Assembly: GCA_964518965.1 (NCBI GenBank)
Contig: CAZFJP010000014.1
Span: 1-62,047, forward strand
Reading direction: 5' to 3'
DNA from: an uncultured Candidatus Saccharibacteria bacterium
GTDB lineage: Bacteria; Patescibacteriota; SOKK01
Length of the DNA stretch: 62,047 nt
Part shown: piece by piece, positions 17,586 to 27,412 of the stretch
How the letters are laid out: each line of letters begins with the position of its first letter
Position numbering within the stretch: the first letter of the stretch is position 1
Position numbers and translations under genes: made by a program
Notes under the pieces: model-generated
Seen by the model: the letters and a program-made list of their open reading frames with translations, nothing else
Told to the model about the DNA's origin: nothing
Database searches by the model: none

Positions 17586-18332
17586 CTAAATCAACTCTTC
17601 CCCAATTTCAAAATTACTATGCACTTTATCAACGTCCTCTAATTCCTCTAATTTCCCGATAAAATCAATCACTTGCTGCGCTTTTATTTTATCCGTAATC
17701 GGCACAGTAGTTTTGGGGTCCATAATTAATTCCATGGATTCAATTTTAAATCCCGCTGCTTCCAGTTTGGTTTTTACTTGATTCAATTCACGCGGATTAG
17801 TATAAACTTCAATTGTGTTATTGGTTTCATTGACATCAAGTGCTCCGTTATCAATTGCGGCGAGTTCTAGTTCTTCTTTCTTGGTTTGATCTAGCTCTGT
17901 GACATTGATATTGATTAGTCCTTTTTGTTCAAAAAGATAATTCACTGAACCGACACTGGCTAACTTTCCTCCATTTTCCGAAAGAAAGCGACGCAAGTCA
18001 GAAAGCAAACGGTTTTTATTGCTGGTGATTGCTTCAATAATTAGCGCAATGCCAAAAGGGCCATAGGCCTCATAAGTTGCGGATTCAATTTTTGTTCCTT
18101 CAATTTCGCCAGTGCCGCGTTTGATTGCCTGATCAATTCTGTCTTTGGGCATATTTACTTCTTTGGCCTTAGCAATTGCTAATTCCAGACGAGGATTCAT
18201 TGCGGGATTGCCGCCGCCTAGTTTCGCGGCAATGGAAATCGCGTTAGAGATTTTTGTAAAAATCTGCCCGCGTTTTTGATCCGCAGCACCTTTTTTATGT
18301 TTAATGGAATGCCATTTAGAGTGACCGGACAT
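17586..18332 (-). CDS. yebC: YebC/PmpR family transcriptional regulator
   Basis: 248 aa. MSGHSKWHSIKHKKGAADQKRG N-terminus is diagnostic. Confidence 0.95.
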   Translation of the reverse strand: MSGHSKWHSIKHKKGAADQKRGQIFTKISNAISIAAKLGGGNPAMNPRLELAIAKAKEVNMPKDRIDQAIKRGTGEIEGTKIESATYEAYGPFGIALIIEAITSNKNRLLSDLRRFLSENGGKLASVGSVNYLFEQKGLININVTELDQTKKEELELAAIDNGALDVNETNNTIEVYTNPRELNQVKTKLEAAGFKIESMELIMDPKTTVPITDKIKAQQVIDFIGKLEELEDVDKVHSNFEIGEELI

Positions 18333-18372
18333 AAAATAAACTTAAAACAAAAAGTGAAAAACGTAAAAAATC

Positions 18373-19644
18373 CTAAAAATACAGCATTTTTTGAAACTCT
18401 TTACTGTTCTTGTACGGTCCGATTAACGCTAAACTCAAATTTTTATTCTGAAATAACTTTTTACTAACCCTCAAAATATCTTTAGTAGTTACTTTTTTAA
18501 TTTCCCGCTCAATTTGTTCAAAATTGCGCGGTTTTTTCTGATAAAATTCGCGGTCTAAAAATTCTGCAAGAATTTCTTCGCTCTTTTCTTTTTCTAAAGC
18601 CAGTTTTCCCAATAAAAATTCTTTTCCTTTATTTAGTTCTTTCGTCTTTACTGGTTCTACTTTTAAGTGCTTGAGTTCTTTGATAATTTCCTGAATTGCT
18701 TCTTTTACTTTATTCAATCTTAGTCCTGCTTGAATAGTCAAAGCACCGGCATCTTGATAGGAATCGATGTAAGATTTAATCAGATAAGCTAGTCCCAGTT
18801 GCTCGCGGATGCGGGAAAAAAGACGGGAGCTCATGTTTGAGCCCAATAAAGCGTCAATCACTTCAATTACCGGGTAATCTTTACTGTTAAAGGAGGGTGT
18901 ATTAAGGCTTAGGGCGAGATGAGCTTGATCAGTTTTCTTGTAGACTATTCGCAAACGGGGTTGTTTTGTTTTGATTTGGGGTGCCTTTGTTGGTTTTACC
19001 TTTTTCCCCTTGGGTAATCTATCAAATTTTACCAATACTTGGTCTTTGATTTGCTTGATATCAAAAGAGGAAACAATGCCAATAATGGTGTTGTTGGCAG
19101 TATAAAAACGGCGTAAGTAACTAAGAATCTTTTTGTTGTTCAGAGTGCGCACGCTTTTCTTGTAACCGATAATGTCTCGACCGAGGTCACTCTTGGGCCA
19201 GATAATTTCTTCCGCCAAACTTAAAATGTATTTAATTGGCGTGTCCTGATAAAGATTAATTTCTTCAATTACCACTCCTTTTTCTCTTGCAATATCATTT
19301 TCTTTTAGTAAAGCATTTTGATAAATATCACTGACAAAATCTAGCGCGGTTTTAAAATGATAACGGTCAACTTTCGCGTAAAAACCGGTAATTTCTTTGC
19401 CGGTGAAGGCATTAGTTTCACCGCCAATACTGTCAATTGTTTCGGCAACAGACAGAGGATCAGGGCGATTCTTGGTTCCTTTGTAGACAATATGCTCTAA
19501 GAAATGTGAGATTCCTGCTTCACTATCCTTTTCGTAACGAGAGCCACAACCTGCCATTGCCATGATGGTAGCGGTTTCTAAACCGGCACGTTTGAGGTTA
19601 ATCAAACGCAAACCATTTTTGAACTTATGTTTCTGAATAATCAT
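18373..19644 (-). CDS. M16 family (pitrilysin/insulinase-like) zinc peptidase
   Basis: 423 aa. HFLEH inverted zinc motif (ISHFLEHIVYKGT). Confidence 0.9.
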   Translation of the reverse strand: MIIQKHKFKNGLRLINLKRAGLETATIMAMAGCGSRYEKDSEAGISHFLEHIVYKGTKNRPDPLSVAETIDSIGGETNAFTGKEITGFYAKVDRYHFKTALDFVSDIYQNALLKENDIAREKGVVIEEINLYQDTPIKYILSLAEEIIWPKSDLGRDIIGYKKSVRTLNNKKILSYLRRFYTANNTIIGIVSSFDIKQIKDQVLVKFDRLPKGKKVKPTKAPQIKTKQPRLRIVYKKTDQAHLALSLNTPSFNSKDYPVIEVIDALLGSNMSSRLFSRIREQLGLAYLIKSYIDSYQDAGALTIQAGLRLNKVKEAIQEIIKELKHLKVEPVKTKELNKGKEFLLGKLALEKEKSEEILAEFLDREFYQKKPRNFEQIEREIKKVTTKDILRVSKKLFQNKNLSLALIGPYKNSKEFQKMLYF

Positions 19645-19658
19645 AGGTCTAGTTATAA

Positions 19659-19728
19659 AGACAGAAGGCTGAATTCGGAAGTCTAAAATTTCGTTACTTC
19701 AGACTTCAGCCTTCAGATTTCTGCCTTG
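19659..19728. repeat. Imperfect hairpin, CAGAAGGCTGAA / TTCAGCCTTCAG type
   Basis: aagacagaaggctgaattcggaagtct .. acttcagacttcagccttcagatttctgcctt, in the 5' region of the M16 peptidase gene. Confidence 0.7.
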
Positions 19729-19864
19729 AGCACTTTTATTTTACTCTTTCCATTTATCTTTGTCTACAAAGTATTTTTTAGTATCTTTATTTGATTATTT
19801 CGCTGTTCTACGCTACAATAGGTAGTGAACCGGGGGTCGGTCTTTTTCTTTTTAGTCGTATATT

Positions 19865-21124
19865 ATGCCAAAATTTGTCATTGAGGGCGGAATTCCGCTT
19901 AAAGGCAAAATTCGAACCAGTGGTGCCAAGAATGCTGCTTTGCCAATTATTTCCGCTACTGTTTTAACGAAAGAAAAAACGGTTTTAGATAATGTTCCGA
20001 AGATTTCTGATGTCAGTGATCTGATTGAAATTTTGAGGAAAGGCGGGGTAAAAATTGAGTGGACGGGTGAACATCAATTAACAATTGATCCAAGCGGATT
20101 AAAAAATAGTTCTTTGGACCATAACTTGGTGAAGAAATTACGTGCTTCTATTCTTCTTTTGGGTCCAATATTAGCACGTCTGGGTAAAGTTACTATGCCG
20201 CATCCTGGTGGCTGTATCATTGGTCGTCGTCCCATTGGTACTCACTTTATGGCACTGGAAAAGTTAGGTGCAGACATTACTCAAGATACAGAGAATTATC
20301 ATGCAAAAACCATTGGCTTAAAGGGCAGCGAGATTTTTCTCGGGGAAGCCAGTGTTACGGCAACAGAAAATGCGATGATGGCGGCATCTTTGGCAGATGG
20401 TAAAACAATAATTAAATTTGCTGCTTGCGAACCACACGTTGAAGACCTTGCGAATTTTTTAAACAAGATGGGAGCAAGAATTAAAGGTCAGGGTACCCAT
20501 ACTATAGAAATTGAGGGAGTGGAAGAATTGCATGGTACTAAATATTCAATTATTCCTGATCAATTAGAAGTAGGAACCTTTGCAATGGCAGCGGCAATTA
20601 CTCATGGCGAAGTTTTAATTGAAAATATTGGTCCCTTGAAGCAATTAGATTCTATTTTGGCTAAGATGGAAGAGTTAGGTGTGAATTTTGAGTTGCAAGG
20701 AGATAACTTACTAGTAAAGCCAACTCAAGAGTTTAAAGCAGTGACAATTAAAACCGACACCTGGCCAGGATTTCCTTCTGATCTACAAGCACCGTTCACT
20801 GTCTTGACGACGCAAGCTAAAGGAACTAGTTTGATTCATGACTGGTTGTACGAAGGACGCCTTTATTATGTTGAGGAACTGGTAAAAATGGGTGCAAACA
20901 TTATTATTTGTGACCCTCATCGTGCTTTGGTTTCTGGTCCTACTCCACTTACAGGTACCAAAATCATCAGTCCTGATATCCGTGCCGGTGCAGCACTGAT
21001 TATTGCAGCGCTGGGTGCTAAAGGTAAAAGCGAAATTGATAATATTCAATTAGTGGAGCGTGGCTATGAAAAGTTAGAAGAAAGATTGAGAAATTTAGGG
21101 GCGAGAATTGGGAGAGTAGAATAA
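19865..21124 (+). CDS. murA: UDP-N-acetylglucosamine 1-carboxyvinyltransferase
   Basis: 419 aa. GGIPLKGKIRTSGAKNAALPII N-terminus, active-site Cys region (HPGGCIIGRRPI). Confidence 0.95.
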   Translation: MPKFVIEGGIPLKGKIRTSGAKNAALPIISATVLTKEKTVLDNVPKISDVSDLIEILRKGGVKIEWTGEHQLTIDPSGLKNSSLDHNLVKKLRASILLLGPILARLGKVTMPHPGGCIIGRRPIGTHFMALEKLGADITQDTENYHAKTIGLKGSEIFLGEASVTATENAMMAASLADGKTIIKFAACEPHVEDLANFLNKMGARIKGQGTHTIEIEGVEELHGTKYSIIPDQLEVGTFAMAAAITHGEVLIENIGPLKQLDSILAKMEELGVNFELQGDNLLVKPTQEFKAVTIKTDTWPGFPSDLQAPFTVLTTQAKGTSLIHDWLYEGRLYYVEELVKMGANIIICDPHRALVSGPTPLTGTKIISPDIRAGAALIIAALGAKGKSEIDNIQLVERGYEKLEERLRNLGARIGRVE

Positions 21125-21206
21125 TAAATGATAGCGAATAGCAAATACCTGCCTGCCGGTAGGGAGGGCAGATATTGTCACTTGCTATCGCAATCTGCTA
21201 TTTCCG
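21124..21206. repeat. Imperfect hairpin, ATAGC(G/A)AATAGCA family
   Basis: aataaatgatagcgaatagcaaata .. gcttgctatcgcaatctgctatttcc with a central cctgcc..ggcag hairpin. Related to 22299-22365. Confidence 0.75.
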
Positions 21207-21289
21207 CACAGTGGGATGTCGCTCTGGGGCACTAAATATCTGCTATTGTTATTGTGTTTGATATATTTATAAGGTTTTAAAATAATTTT

Positions 21290-22297
21290 ATGTTTGTAAA
21301 AAAGATCGGAATTGATTTAGGAACAACTAACGTTTTAGTATGTCTTCCCAAAAAGGGCATTGTCATTAATGAGCCATCAGTGGTTGCAGTGCAAACAGAG
21401 GAAAATCGGGTAGTAGCAGTGGGTAGTGAGGCGAAAGAAATGATTGGAAGAACGCCAGAGACGATTATTGCTAATCGTCCGCTTAAAGATGGGGTAATTG
21501 CTGACTATCGGGTTACTGAAGCAATGATTCGTTATTTTATTAATAAAGTTGCGGGAGGTATTCGTTTCTTTAGACCAGAGGTTATGGTATCTGTTCCTGC
21601 GGGAGTGACTTCTACGGAGCGCCGTGCGGTAATTGATGCGACTTTGAGTGCTGGCGCTAAAGCGGCTTATATTATTTTGGAGCCAGTCGCGGCGGCAATT
21701 GGCGCGGGTATTCCTATTGGTAGTGCAATGGGGAATATGATTGTGGATATTGGTGGTGGAACAACAGAGGTTGCGGTTATTTCTTTGGGAGGTATCGTTT
21801 CTTCTAACTCAGTCCGTGTTGGCGGGAACAAGATTGATCAAGCGATCGCTGATTACATTAGAAAAAAGCATGGTTTGGCAATTGGCGATCAGACTGCAGA
21901 AAAAATCAAAATAAAAATCGGTAGCGCTTTACCATTGAGTAAAACAGAACATATGGAAATTCGTGGTCGTGATCTTATTGCTGGTCTTCCTAAAACGATT
22001 TCTATTAATTCTGATGAGGTTACTGAGGCAATTCAGGATCAGTTAAATGAAATTATTAGTGCGATTAAAGTAGTTTTAGAGCAAACTCCACCTGAACTTG
22101 CTGCGGACATTATTGATAATGGCATGATTTTATCTGGTGGTGGCGCACTATTGCGTAATATTGACAAATTGATTTCCAAAAAAACTAATGTTCCTGCTTA
22201 TGTTGCTGATGATGCGCTTCTTTGTGTTGCTAAAGGTACCGCTGTTGCCTTGGATAACCTTGATTCTTATAAAAAAAGCATCCTTGCCTCGAGTTAA
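21290..22297 (+). CDS. mreB: Rod-shape determining actin homologue MreB
   Basis: 335 aa. IGIDLGTTN, DIGGGTTEVAV, LSGGGALL motifs. Confidence 0.95.
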   Translation: MFVKKIGIDLGTTNVLVCLPKKGIVINEPSVVAVQTEENRVVAVGSEAKEMIGRTPETIIANRPLKDGVIADYRVTEAMIRYFINKVAGGIRFFRPEVMVSVPAGVTSTERRAVIDATLSAGAKAAYIILEPVAAAIGAGIPIGSAMGNMIVDIGGGTTEVAVISLGGIVSSNSVRVGGNKIDQAIADYIRKKHGLAIGDQTAEKIKIKIGSALPLSKTEHMEIRGRDLIAGLPKTISINSDEVTEAIQDQLNEIISAIKVVLEQTPPELAADIIDNGMILSGGGALLRNIDKLISKKTNVPAYVADDALLCVAKGTAVALDNLDSYKKSILASS

Positions 22298-22298
22298 T

Positions 22299-22365
22299 CA
22301 AAATAATAGCAAATAGCAGGTATTTTTCTACTATTTGATATCTGCTATCCGCTATCATTTATTTC
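22299..22365. repeat. Imperfect hairpin, ATAGC family (second copy)
   Basis: aaaataatagcaaatagcaggtat .. atatctgctatccgctatcatttattt. Confidence 0.75.
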
Positions 22366-22366
22366 T

Positions 22367-23488
22367 ATGATCGCTGTTGATGCTTCTCGTGCTAACTTAG
22401 AACAAAAGACTGGCACTGAGTATTACTCTGCAATTCTTCTCAAAGAGCTTGCTAAAATTGACCGGAAAAACCACTATCGTTTGTATGCTCAGGGGAAAGG
22501 TTGGGTTTTGGAGCAGAATTGGCCGGCGAATTTTGAGGTAAAAATTATTGAATCTCCACTTCTTTGGACCCAGTTATGCTTGAGTAGAGAGATGTCCAAA
22601 GTAAAACCGGAGGTTCTTTTTGTGCCGGCGCATGCAGTACCTTTTATTCATCCTAAGAAAACTATTGTGACAATTCATGATCTTGCTTACGAGTTTTATC
22701 CGTCTTCTTATCGTAGTTTGGCGCGTTCCTATCTTAAATTCTCAACCAGATTATCAGCACAATGGGCAAGTGATATTATTGTTCCATCCAAGGCAACGAA
22801 AAAAGATCTAATTAATCTTTATAAAGTAAACAGTGAGAAAATTCATGTGATCCCTCATGGTTATAATAATCAGTTATTTAAAAAAATTGATAATCCGCAT
22901 GAGGTTGGTTTAATTAAAAAGAAGTATGGCTTGAATGAAAATGACGATTACTTGTTTTTTGTAGGAAGACTGGACGAACGCAAAAACATTATTGGGATAG
23001 TTAAGGCATTTTATAAAGTAAAGAGTCAAACCAATTTTGACTATAAGTTGGTGCTAGCAGGAAAAGCAGGAGTAGGTTATGAAAAAATGCAACAGGAAAT
23101 TAGAGATCTTTTGATTGAAAATGAAGTGAATTTTTTGGGCTATGTTCCCGAACGGGATCTTCCCTATTTAATGAATGGAGCGACAATTTTTCTCTTTCCT
23201 TCTCTTTATGAAGGTTTTGGTTTTCCCATTTTAGAAGCAATGGCTTGCGGAGTTCCCGTGATTACTTCAAAGACTTCTTCTTGTCTGGAGGTGGCAGGAG
23301 AAGCAGCGATCTTGGTTAATCCCGATAACATTGAGGAAATCGCAGAATCAATTATTCGTTTAATTGCTGATGCGAGATTAAGAATGAGATTAGTCCAGCA
23401 GGGGTTTAGACAGATTGAAAAATTTAGTTGGAGGAAAACAGCCGAAGAGACGCTTAGGATAATTCAAGGTTCAAAGTTAATCCAGTAA
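22367..23488 (+). CDS. Glycosyltransferase family 4
   Basis: 373 aa. EGFGFPILEAMACGVPVI motif. Confidence 0.9.
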   Translation: MIAVDASRANLEQKTGTEYYSAILLKELAKIDRKNHYRLYAQGKGWVLEQNWPANFEVKIIESPLLWTQLCLSREMSKVKPEVLFVPAHAVPFIHPKKTIVTIHDLAYEFYPSSYRSLARSYLKFSTRLSAQWASDIIVPSKATKKDLINLYKVNSEKIHVIPHGYNNQLFKKIDNPHEVGLIKKKYGLNENDDYLFFVGRLDERKNIIGIVKAFYKVKSQTNFDYKLVLAGKAGVGYEKMQQEIRDLLIENEVNFLGYVPERDLPYLMNGATIFLFPSLYEGFGFPILEAMACGVPVITSKTSSCLEVAGEAAILVNPDNIEEIAESIIRLIADARLRMRLVQQGFRQIEKFSWRKTAEETLRIIQGSKLIQ

Positions 23489-23587
23489 CTCTTAACTTTT
23501 AACCCTATTACTGGTTGGCTTTGTTTGTTTCTGGTCCTTTGAGAGTAGCTAAAAACAAGCAGGCAGACATGACATAATTTAACTGCT

Positions 23588-24676
23588 ATGAAAATAGCAA
23601 TCGTTCATGACTTTCTTAATCAATTCGGAGGTGCGGAAAGAGTAGTAAAGGTGCTACACGAGATGTTTCCAACGGCGCCGATTTACACTTTGCTTTATAA
23701 TAAAGAGAAACTAGCAGGAGAATTTGAAGGTGCGACGATTATTCCTTCGCATTTACAAAAAAAGCCCAAGTTTTTGCGTGACCACCCCAAGTTGCTCTTA
23801 CCATTTTTGCCAGTTGCAGTAGAACAGTTTGATTTAAGTGATTATGATGTGGTAATTTCCTCAAGCGGTGCTTGGTCCAAGGGAATTATTACTAAACCTG
23901 AGACAAGAAATATTTGTTATTGTCATGCGCCAATGCGTTTTGTTTGGGATTGGCATTCGGAATATCTAAGAGAGCATAAAATTGGTAAATTGAAGAAGTG
24001 TGTTCTCTACCCCTTGATGAATTATTTGCGAGTTTGGGATCGGATGTCTGCGCATCGAGTTGATTTGTGGATTGCCAATTCTCAACATACTAGAAAACGT
24101 ATTCAAAAATACTATCGTGCTGACTCCAAGGTTATTTACCCTCCTGTCGATATTGAGCGTTTTGAAGCGAAGGAAGACGATGTCGGCTATTTTCTGATTG
24201 TTTCTCGTTTTTCCCCCTACAAAAGAATTGATCTCGCAGTAGAAGCATTTAACAGGTTAGGGTTGCATTTGGTAATTATTGGGGAAGGTGAGCAGAGAAA
24301 AGAATTGGAGAAAATAGCGAATGATAATATTGAATTTTTAGGTTTCAAACCGGATGAGGTAGTAAGAGAATATTATGAAAATTGCCGCGCTTTTATTTTT
24401 CCCGGTGAGGAGGATTTTGGTATTACACCGGTAGAAGCAATGGCTTGTGGTAAACCGGTGGTTGCTTATCGTAGGGGTGGATGCTTAGAAACAATTGTGG
24501 AAGGAGTAACCGGAGAATTTTTTAATGAACCAACCGCGGATTCATTGATTGAAGCGGTAGACAGAATGATTAAGAATGAAAAAAATTATTCAATAGAAAA
24601 GATTCGTAAACACGCGGAGCAGTTTAGTAAGGAAAGGTTTAAGGAAGAGATTCTGAAAATTGTCAATCAAAAATAA
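23588..24676 (+). CDS. Glycosyltransferase family 4
   Basis: 362 aa. EDFGITPVEAMACGKPVV motif. Confidence 0.9.
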   Translation: MKIAIVHDFLNQFGGAERVVKVLHEMFPTAPIYTLLYNKEKLAGEFEGATIIPSHLQKKPKFLRDHPKLLLPFLPVAVEQFDLSDYDVVISSSGAWSKGIITKPETRNICYCHAPMRFVWDWHSEYLREHKIGKLKKCVLYPLMNYLRVWDRMSAHRVDLWIANSQHTRKRIQKYYRADSKVIYPPVDIERFEAKEDDVGYFLIVSRFSPYKRIDLAVEAFNRLGLHLVIIGEGEQRKELEKIANDNIEFLGFKPDEVVREYYENCRAFIFPGEEDFGITPVEAMACGKPVVAYRRGGCLETIVEGVTGEFFNEPTADSLIEAVDRMIKNEKNYSIEKIRKHAEQFSKERFKEEILKIVNQK

Positions 24677-24733
24677 TTTCTCATTTTTTTCAAATGAAAA
24701 CGACCGCGCTCATTTGTAAATGATTGCGGTCGT

Positions 24734-25585
24734 TTATTTTTTAAGATATTTCTCAGGATCAACAGGGATTCCATCCTCATACCACTCGCAGTGGACATGA
24801 GGACCACTGCTGTTTCCTGTTGATCCAGAAAGGGCGATAATTTCACCCTTTTCCACCCACTTACCGAGGTAGATACTGGGGGGAATTTTGCTGAGGTGAG
24901 CATAGCGAGTACTCAACGTTTTTCCATTGATCTCGCTGTGGACGATGATAATGTTGTTACCCCAGCCCTCATCGTAATCGGCGTGGATGATGACTCCCGC
25001 TCCTGCGGCTCGAACCGGCGTTCCCATCAAAGCAAAGAGATCAATTCCTTGGTGGAAACTTGGTCCTTCTAAAATTCCGCCGCCGGGGAGGGGAACTGCT
25101 CCCCGCGGACCGAAACGGGAAATGATACGGGAATCTTTGATCGGGAGCAAGTCCGGAATGCGATCTTCTTCTTGCTCCCTTTCATAGAGGTTTCGGTAGT
25201 ATTGATCAGTGAGTTTTTTAAAATCACTGATCTTTTGAAGGTCTACCTCATCCAAGGGTAGATTGTAGGTTTGTGAGACCAGAGACGATAAGTATCTTTT
25301 GATCTCGTTGGGGTTGGGGGATGGTTGGGTTTTTGTTACTCTAGCGGGAGTAACAATTACTTCTGGTTTCGCTGTCTCGGTGATAACCATCGCGATGGTT
25401 ATTGCAGAAAAAGCCGGAGCCCAGATATAGGACTTACGCAGGAGAAAGGAAAATGTTCCTTTCCAGTTGTACCAAAAGAAGTAGCGGAGGAGGGGGAGGA
25501 TATTCCGGAGGGAAACTTCGATTTCTATTTTCTCTACCCTTAGGTAGAGAATTCTGTTCTCAAAATGCCACCGCTTTTTCCCCAT
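24734..25585 (-). CDS. M23 family metallopeptidase (LytM-type)
   Basis: 283 aa. HQGIDL and GSTGNSSGPHVHCEW motifs. Strong SD (aggaggtg) upstream. Confidence 0.85.
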   Translation of the reverse strand: MGKKRWHFENRILYLRVEKIEIEVSLRNILPLLRYFFWYNWKGTFSFLLRKSYIWAPAFSAITIAMVITETAKPEVIVTPARVTKTQPSPNPNEIKRYLSSLVSQTYNLPLDEVDLQKISDFKKLTDQYYRNLYEREQEEDRIPDLLPIKDSRIISRFGPRGAVPLPGGGILEGPSFHQGIDLFALMGTPVRAAGAGVIIHADYDEGWGNNIIIVHSEINGKTLSTRYAHLSKIPPSIYLGKWVEKGEIIALSGSTGNSSGPHVHCEWYEDGIPVDPEKYLKK

Positions 25586-25772
25586 AGCAAAACACCTCCT
25601 TTCGTGAAGGTTTTTGAAAAAGCATTGAATGAAAAAAAGAGGACATCTCGCTTGTTAAAGAGCGCTAAACCCTTCTTTGGAACTTTCCATCTTAGCAACT
25701 TGAGGATATTTGTCAAGAACTAGCCCTCCGTGCTAAAATAAGCTTAGCTAAAAAGTTTTTTAGTGACTTTTT

Positions 25773-26627
25773 ATGTCGCGTTTGACTATTTTGGGACTTC
25801 CTGTTGACGCTCTGTTTTTTGAGGAAGTGGTTAAAAATTGCGATCGTTTGATTCATGTTCCCGGTCTAAAATGGGCGGTGACTTTGAATCCAGAAATTGC
25901 TGTAGTTGCCCAAAAAGATAAAGAATTAAGACGGATGGTTCACGAAGCTAGTTTAGTCACAGCGGATGGTTCTGGTCTTCTTTGGGCAGCAAGTTATCTT
26001 AGTGAAATACGAAGCCAATCTGTTTTTATCCGATGGATTAAGGCATTCATAAGTGGTTTTCACTTTTTCTTTTCCCGCTCTTATCGTCATAAAGTAATTC
26101 CTGGCAGAGTTACAGGTGTTGATTTAGTTCGGGTACTCTTAAAGCTAGCAAGTCACCGGGGTTATCGCGTTTTTCTTTTGGGTGGGAAACCGGGTGTTGC
26201 GGAATTGTTAAGAAAAAAACTTTTTGAGGTTGATCCGCGGATTAAAATTGTCGGAGCAACTGACGGTTTCAGGCTCAATATTGATGATAATCGGCTGTCA
26301 GTTAGGGAAGAGGATAAAGATCGTGAACATCAAGTTTTAAGCGAAATTCAGAGAGCGAAGCCACATTTGCTCTTGGTTGCCTTTGGTCCACCCAAGCAAG
26401 AACGCTGGATTTTTCAGCATCAAAAAGAACTGCGGGCGGTGAAACTTGCAATTGGTGTCGGAGGAACATTTGATTTTTTGGCTGGTAAATCAAGACGAGC
26501 ACCGCGGTGGATGAGGAGTGTTGGTTTAGAATTTCTCTGGCGGCTTTTTTGCGAGCCGAAAAGATTTAGACGAATGATTACAACTCTACCCAAATTTATT
26601 AAACTGATTGTTAATTCTCGGAATTAG
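25773..26627 (+). CDS. WecB/TagA/CpsF family glycosyltransferase
   Basis: 284 aa. VTLNPEI, VTADGSGLLWA, FGPPKQERW blocks. Confidence 0.88.
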   Translation: MSRLTILGLPVDALFFEEVVKNCDRLIHVPGLKWAVTLNPEIAVVAQKDKELRRMVHEASLVTADGSGLLWAASYLSEIRSQSVFIRWIKAFISGFHFFFSRSYRHKVIPGRVTGVDLVRVLLKLASHRGYRVFLLGGKPGVAELLRKKLFEVDPRIKIVGATDGFRLNIDDNRLSVREEDKDREHQVLSEIQRAKPHLLLVAFGPPKQERWIFQHQKELRAVKLAIGVGGTFDFLAGKSRRAPRWMRSVGLEFLWRLFCEPKRFRRMITTLPKFIKLIVNSRN

Positions 26628-26631
26628 AATG

Positions 26632-26661
26632 CGTAGAGGCGCAGCATGCTACGTCTCTACG
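26632..26661. repeat. Palindrome of the GTAGAGACGC..CATG..GCGTCTCTAC family
   Basis: cgtagaggcgcagcatgctacgtctctacg, 5 nt after the stop codon. Confidence 0.8.
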
Positions 26662-26683
26662 AATGATTTTAATAATTTAACCG

Positions 26684-27409
26684 ATGAAAATTTTCCCAAA
26701 ATTATTCATTATTAGTATATTATTACTTTTATTCATCCCGTTTGTTACTTTTGCTTCTGACTATCAAACCAAAAAACCGGAGGCAAATGATCCGGTAATA
26801 GTTTTAGAAACGACAATGGGAGTAATTAAGTTTAAGTTATTTCCGAAAGAAGCACCAAAAGCTTCCGAAAACTTTTGGAAGTTATCTGAAAAAGGTTATT
26901 ACAACGGTTTAATCTTTCATCGGGTGATTAAGGACTTTATGATTCAGGGTGGTGATCCCAAGGGTGATGGCACAGGCGGGGAAAGTTTTTGGGGTGGAAC
27001 ATTTGCAGATGAATTTTCAGATAAATTACAAAATATTCGCGGTGCAGTTGCAATGGCCAATAGCGGGCCTGATACCAATGGTAGTCAATTCTTCATTTGT
27101 CAAAAAGATTCCCCACATTTGAATAATGTTCATACTGTTTTCGGCCAGGTTTATGAAGGAATGGATGTTGTTGATAAGATTGCGAATGTTAAAACGGATA
27201 AGAATGACAAACCAATTAAGACAGTGAAGATTAACAAGGTTTCTCTGGAAGGAAAATTAGATTTGAATAACTGGTTTGCTGAAAATTGGCTGAAAATTGT
27301 TTGGGTTTCGGGAAGTATTATAGTGATAGTTTTTGTTATTTGGTTTTATCTGAGAATTAGAAATCGTGGTTTGACTCGTGCTGAACGTCGTCGTAAATTA
27401 AATAGATGA
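26684..27409 (+). CDS. Cyclophilin-type peptidyl-prolyl isomerase with signal peptide and C-terminal TM anchor
   Basis: 241 aa. FHRVIKDFMIQGGDP and SQFFI motifs. N-terminal signal and a C-terminal hydrophobic helix followed by an Arg-rich tail. Confidence 0.9.
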   Translation: MKIFPKLFIISILLLLFIPFVTFASDYQTKKPEANDPVIVLETTMGVIKFKLFPKEAPKASENFWKLSEKGYYNGLIFHRVIKDFMIQGGDPKGDGTGGESFWGGTFADEFSDKLQNIRGAVAMANSGPDTNGSQFFICQKDSPHLNNVHTVFGQVYEGMDVVDKIANVKTDKNDKPIKTVKINKVSLEGKLDLNNWFAENWLKIVWVSGSIIVIVFVIWFYLRIRNRGLTRAERRRKLNR

Positions 27410-27412
27410 AAA

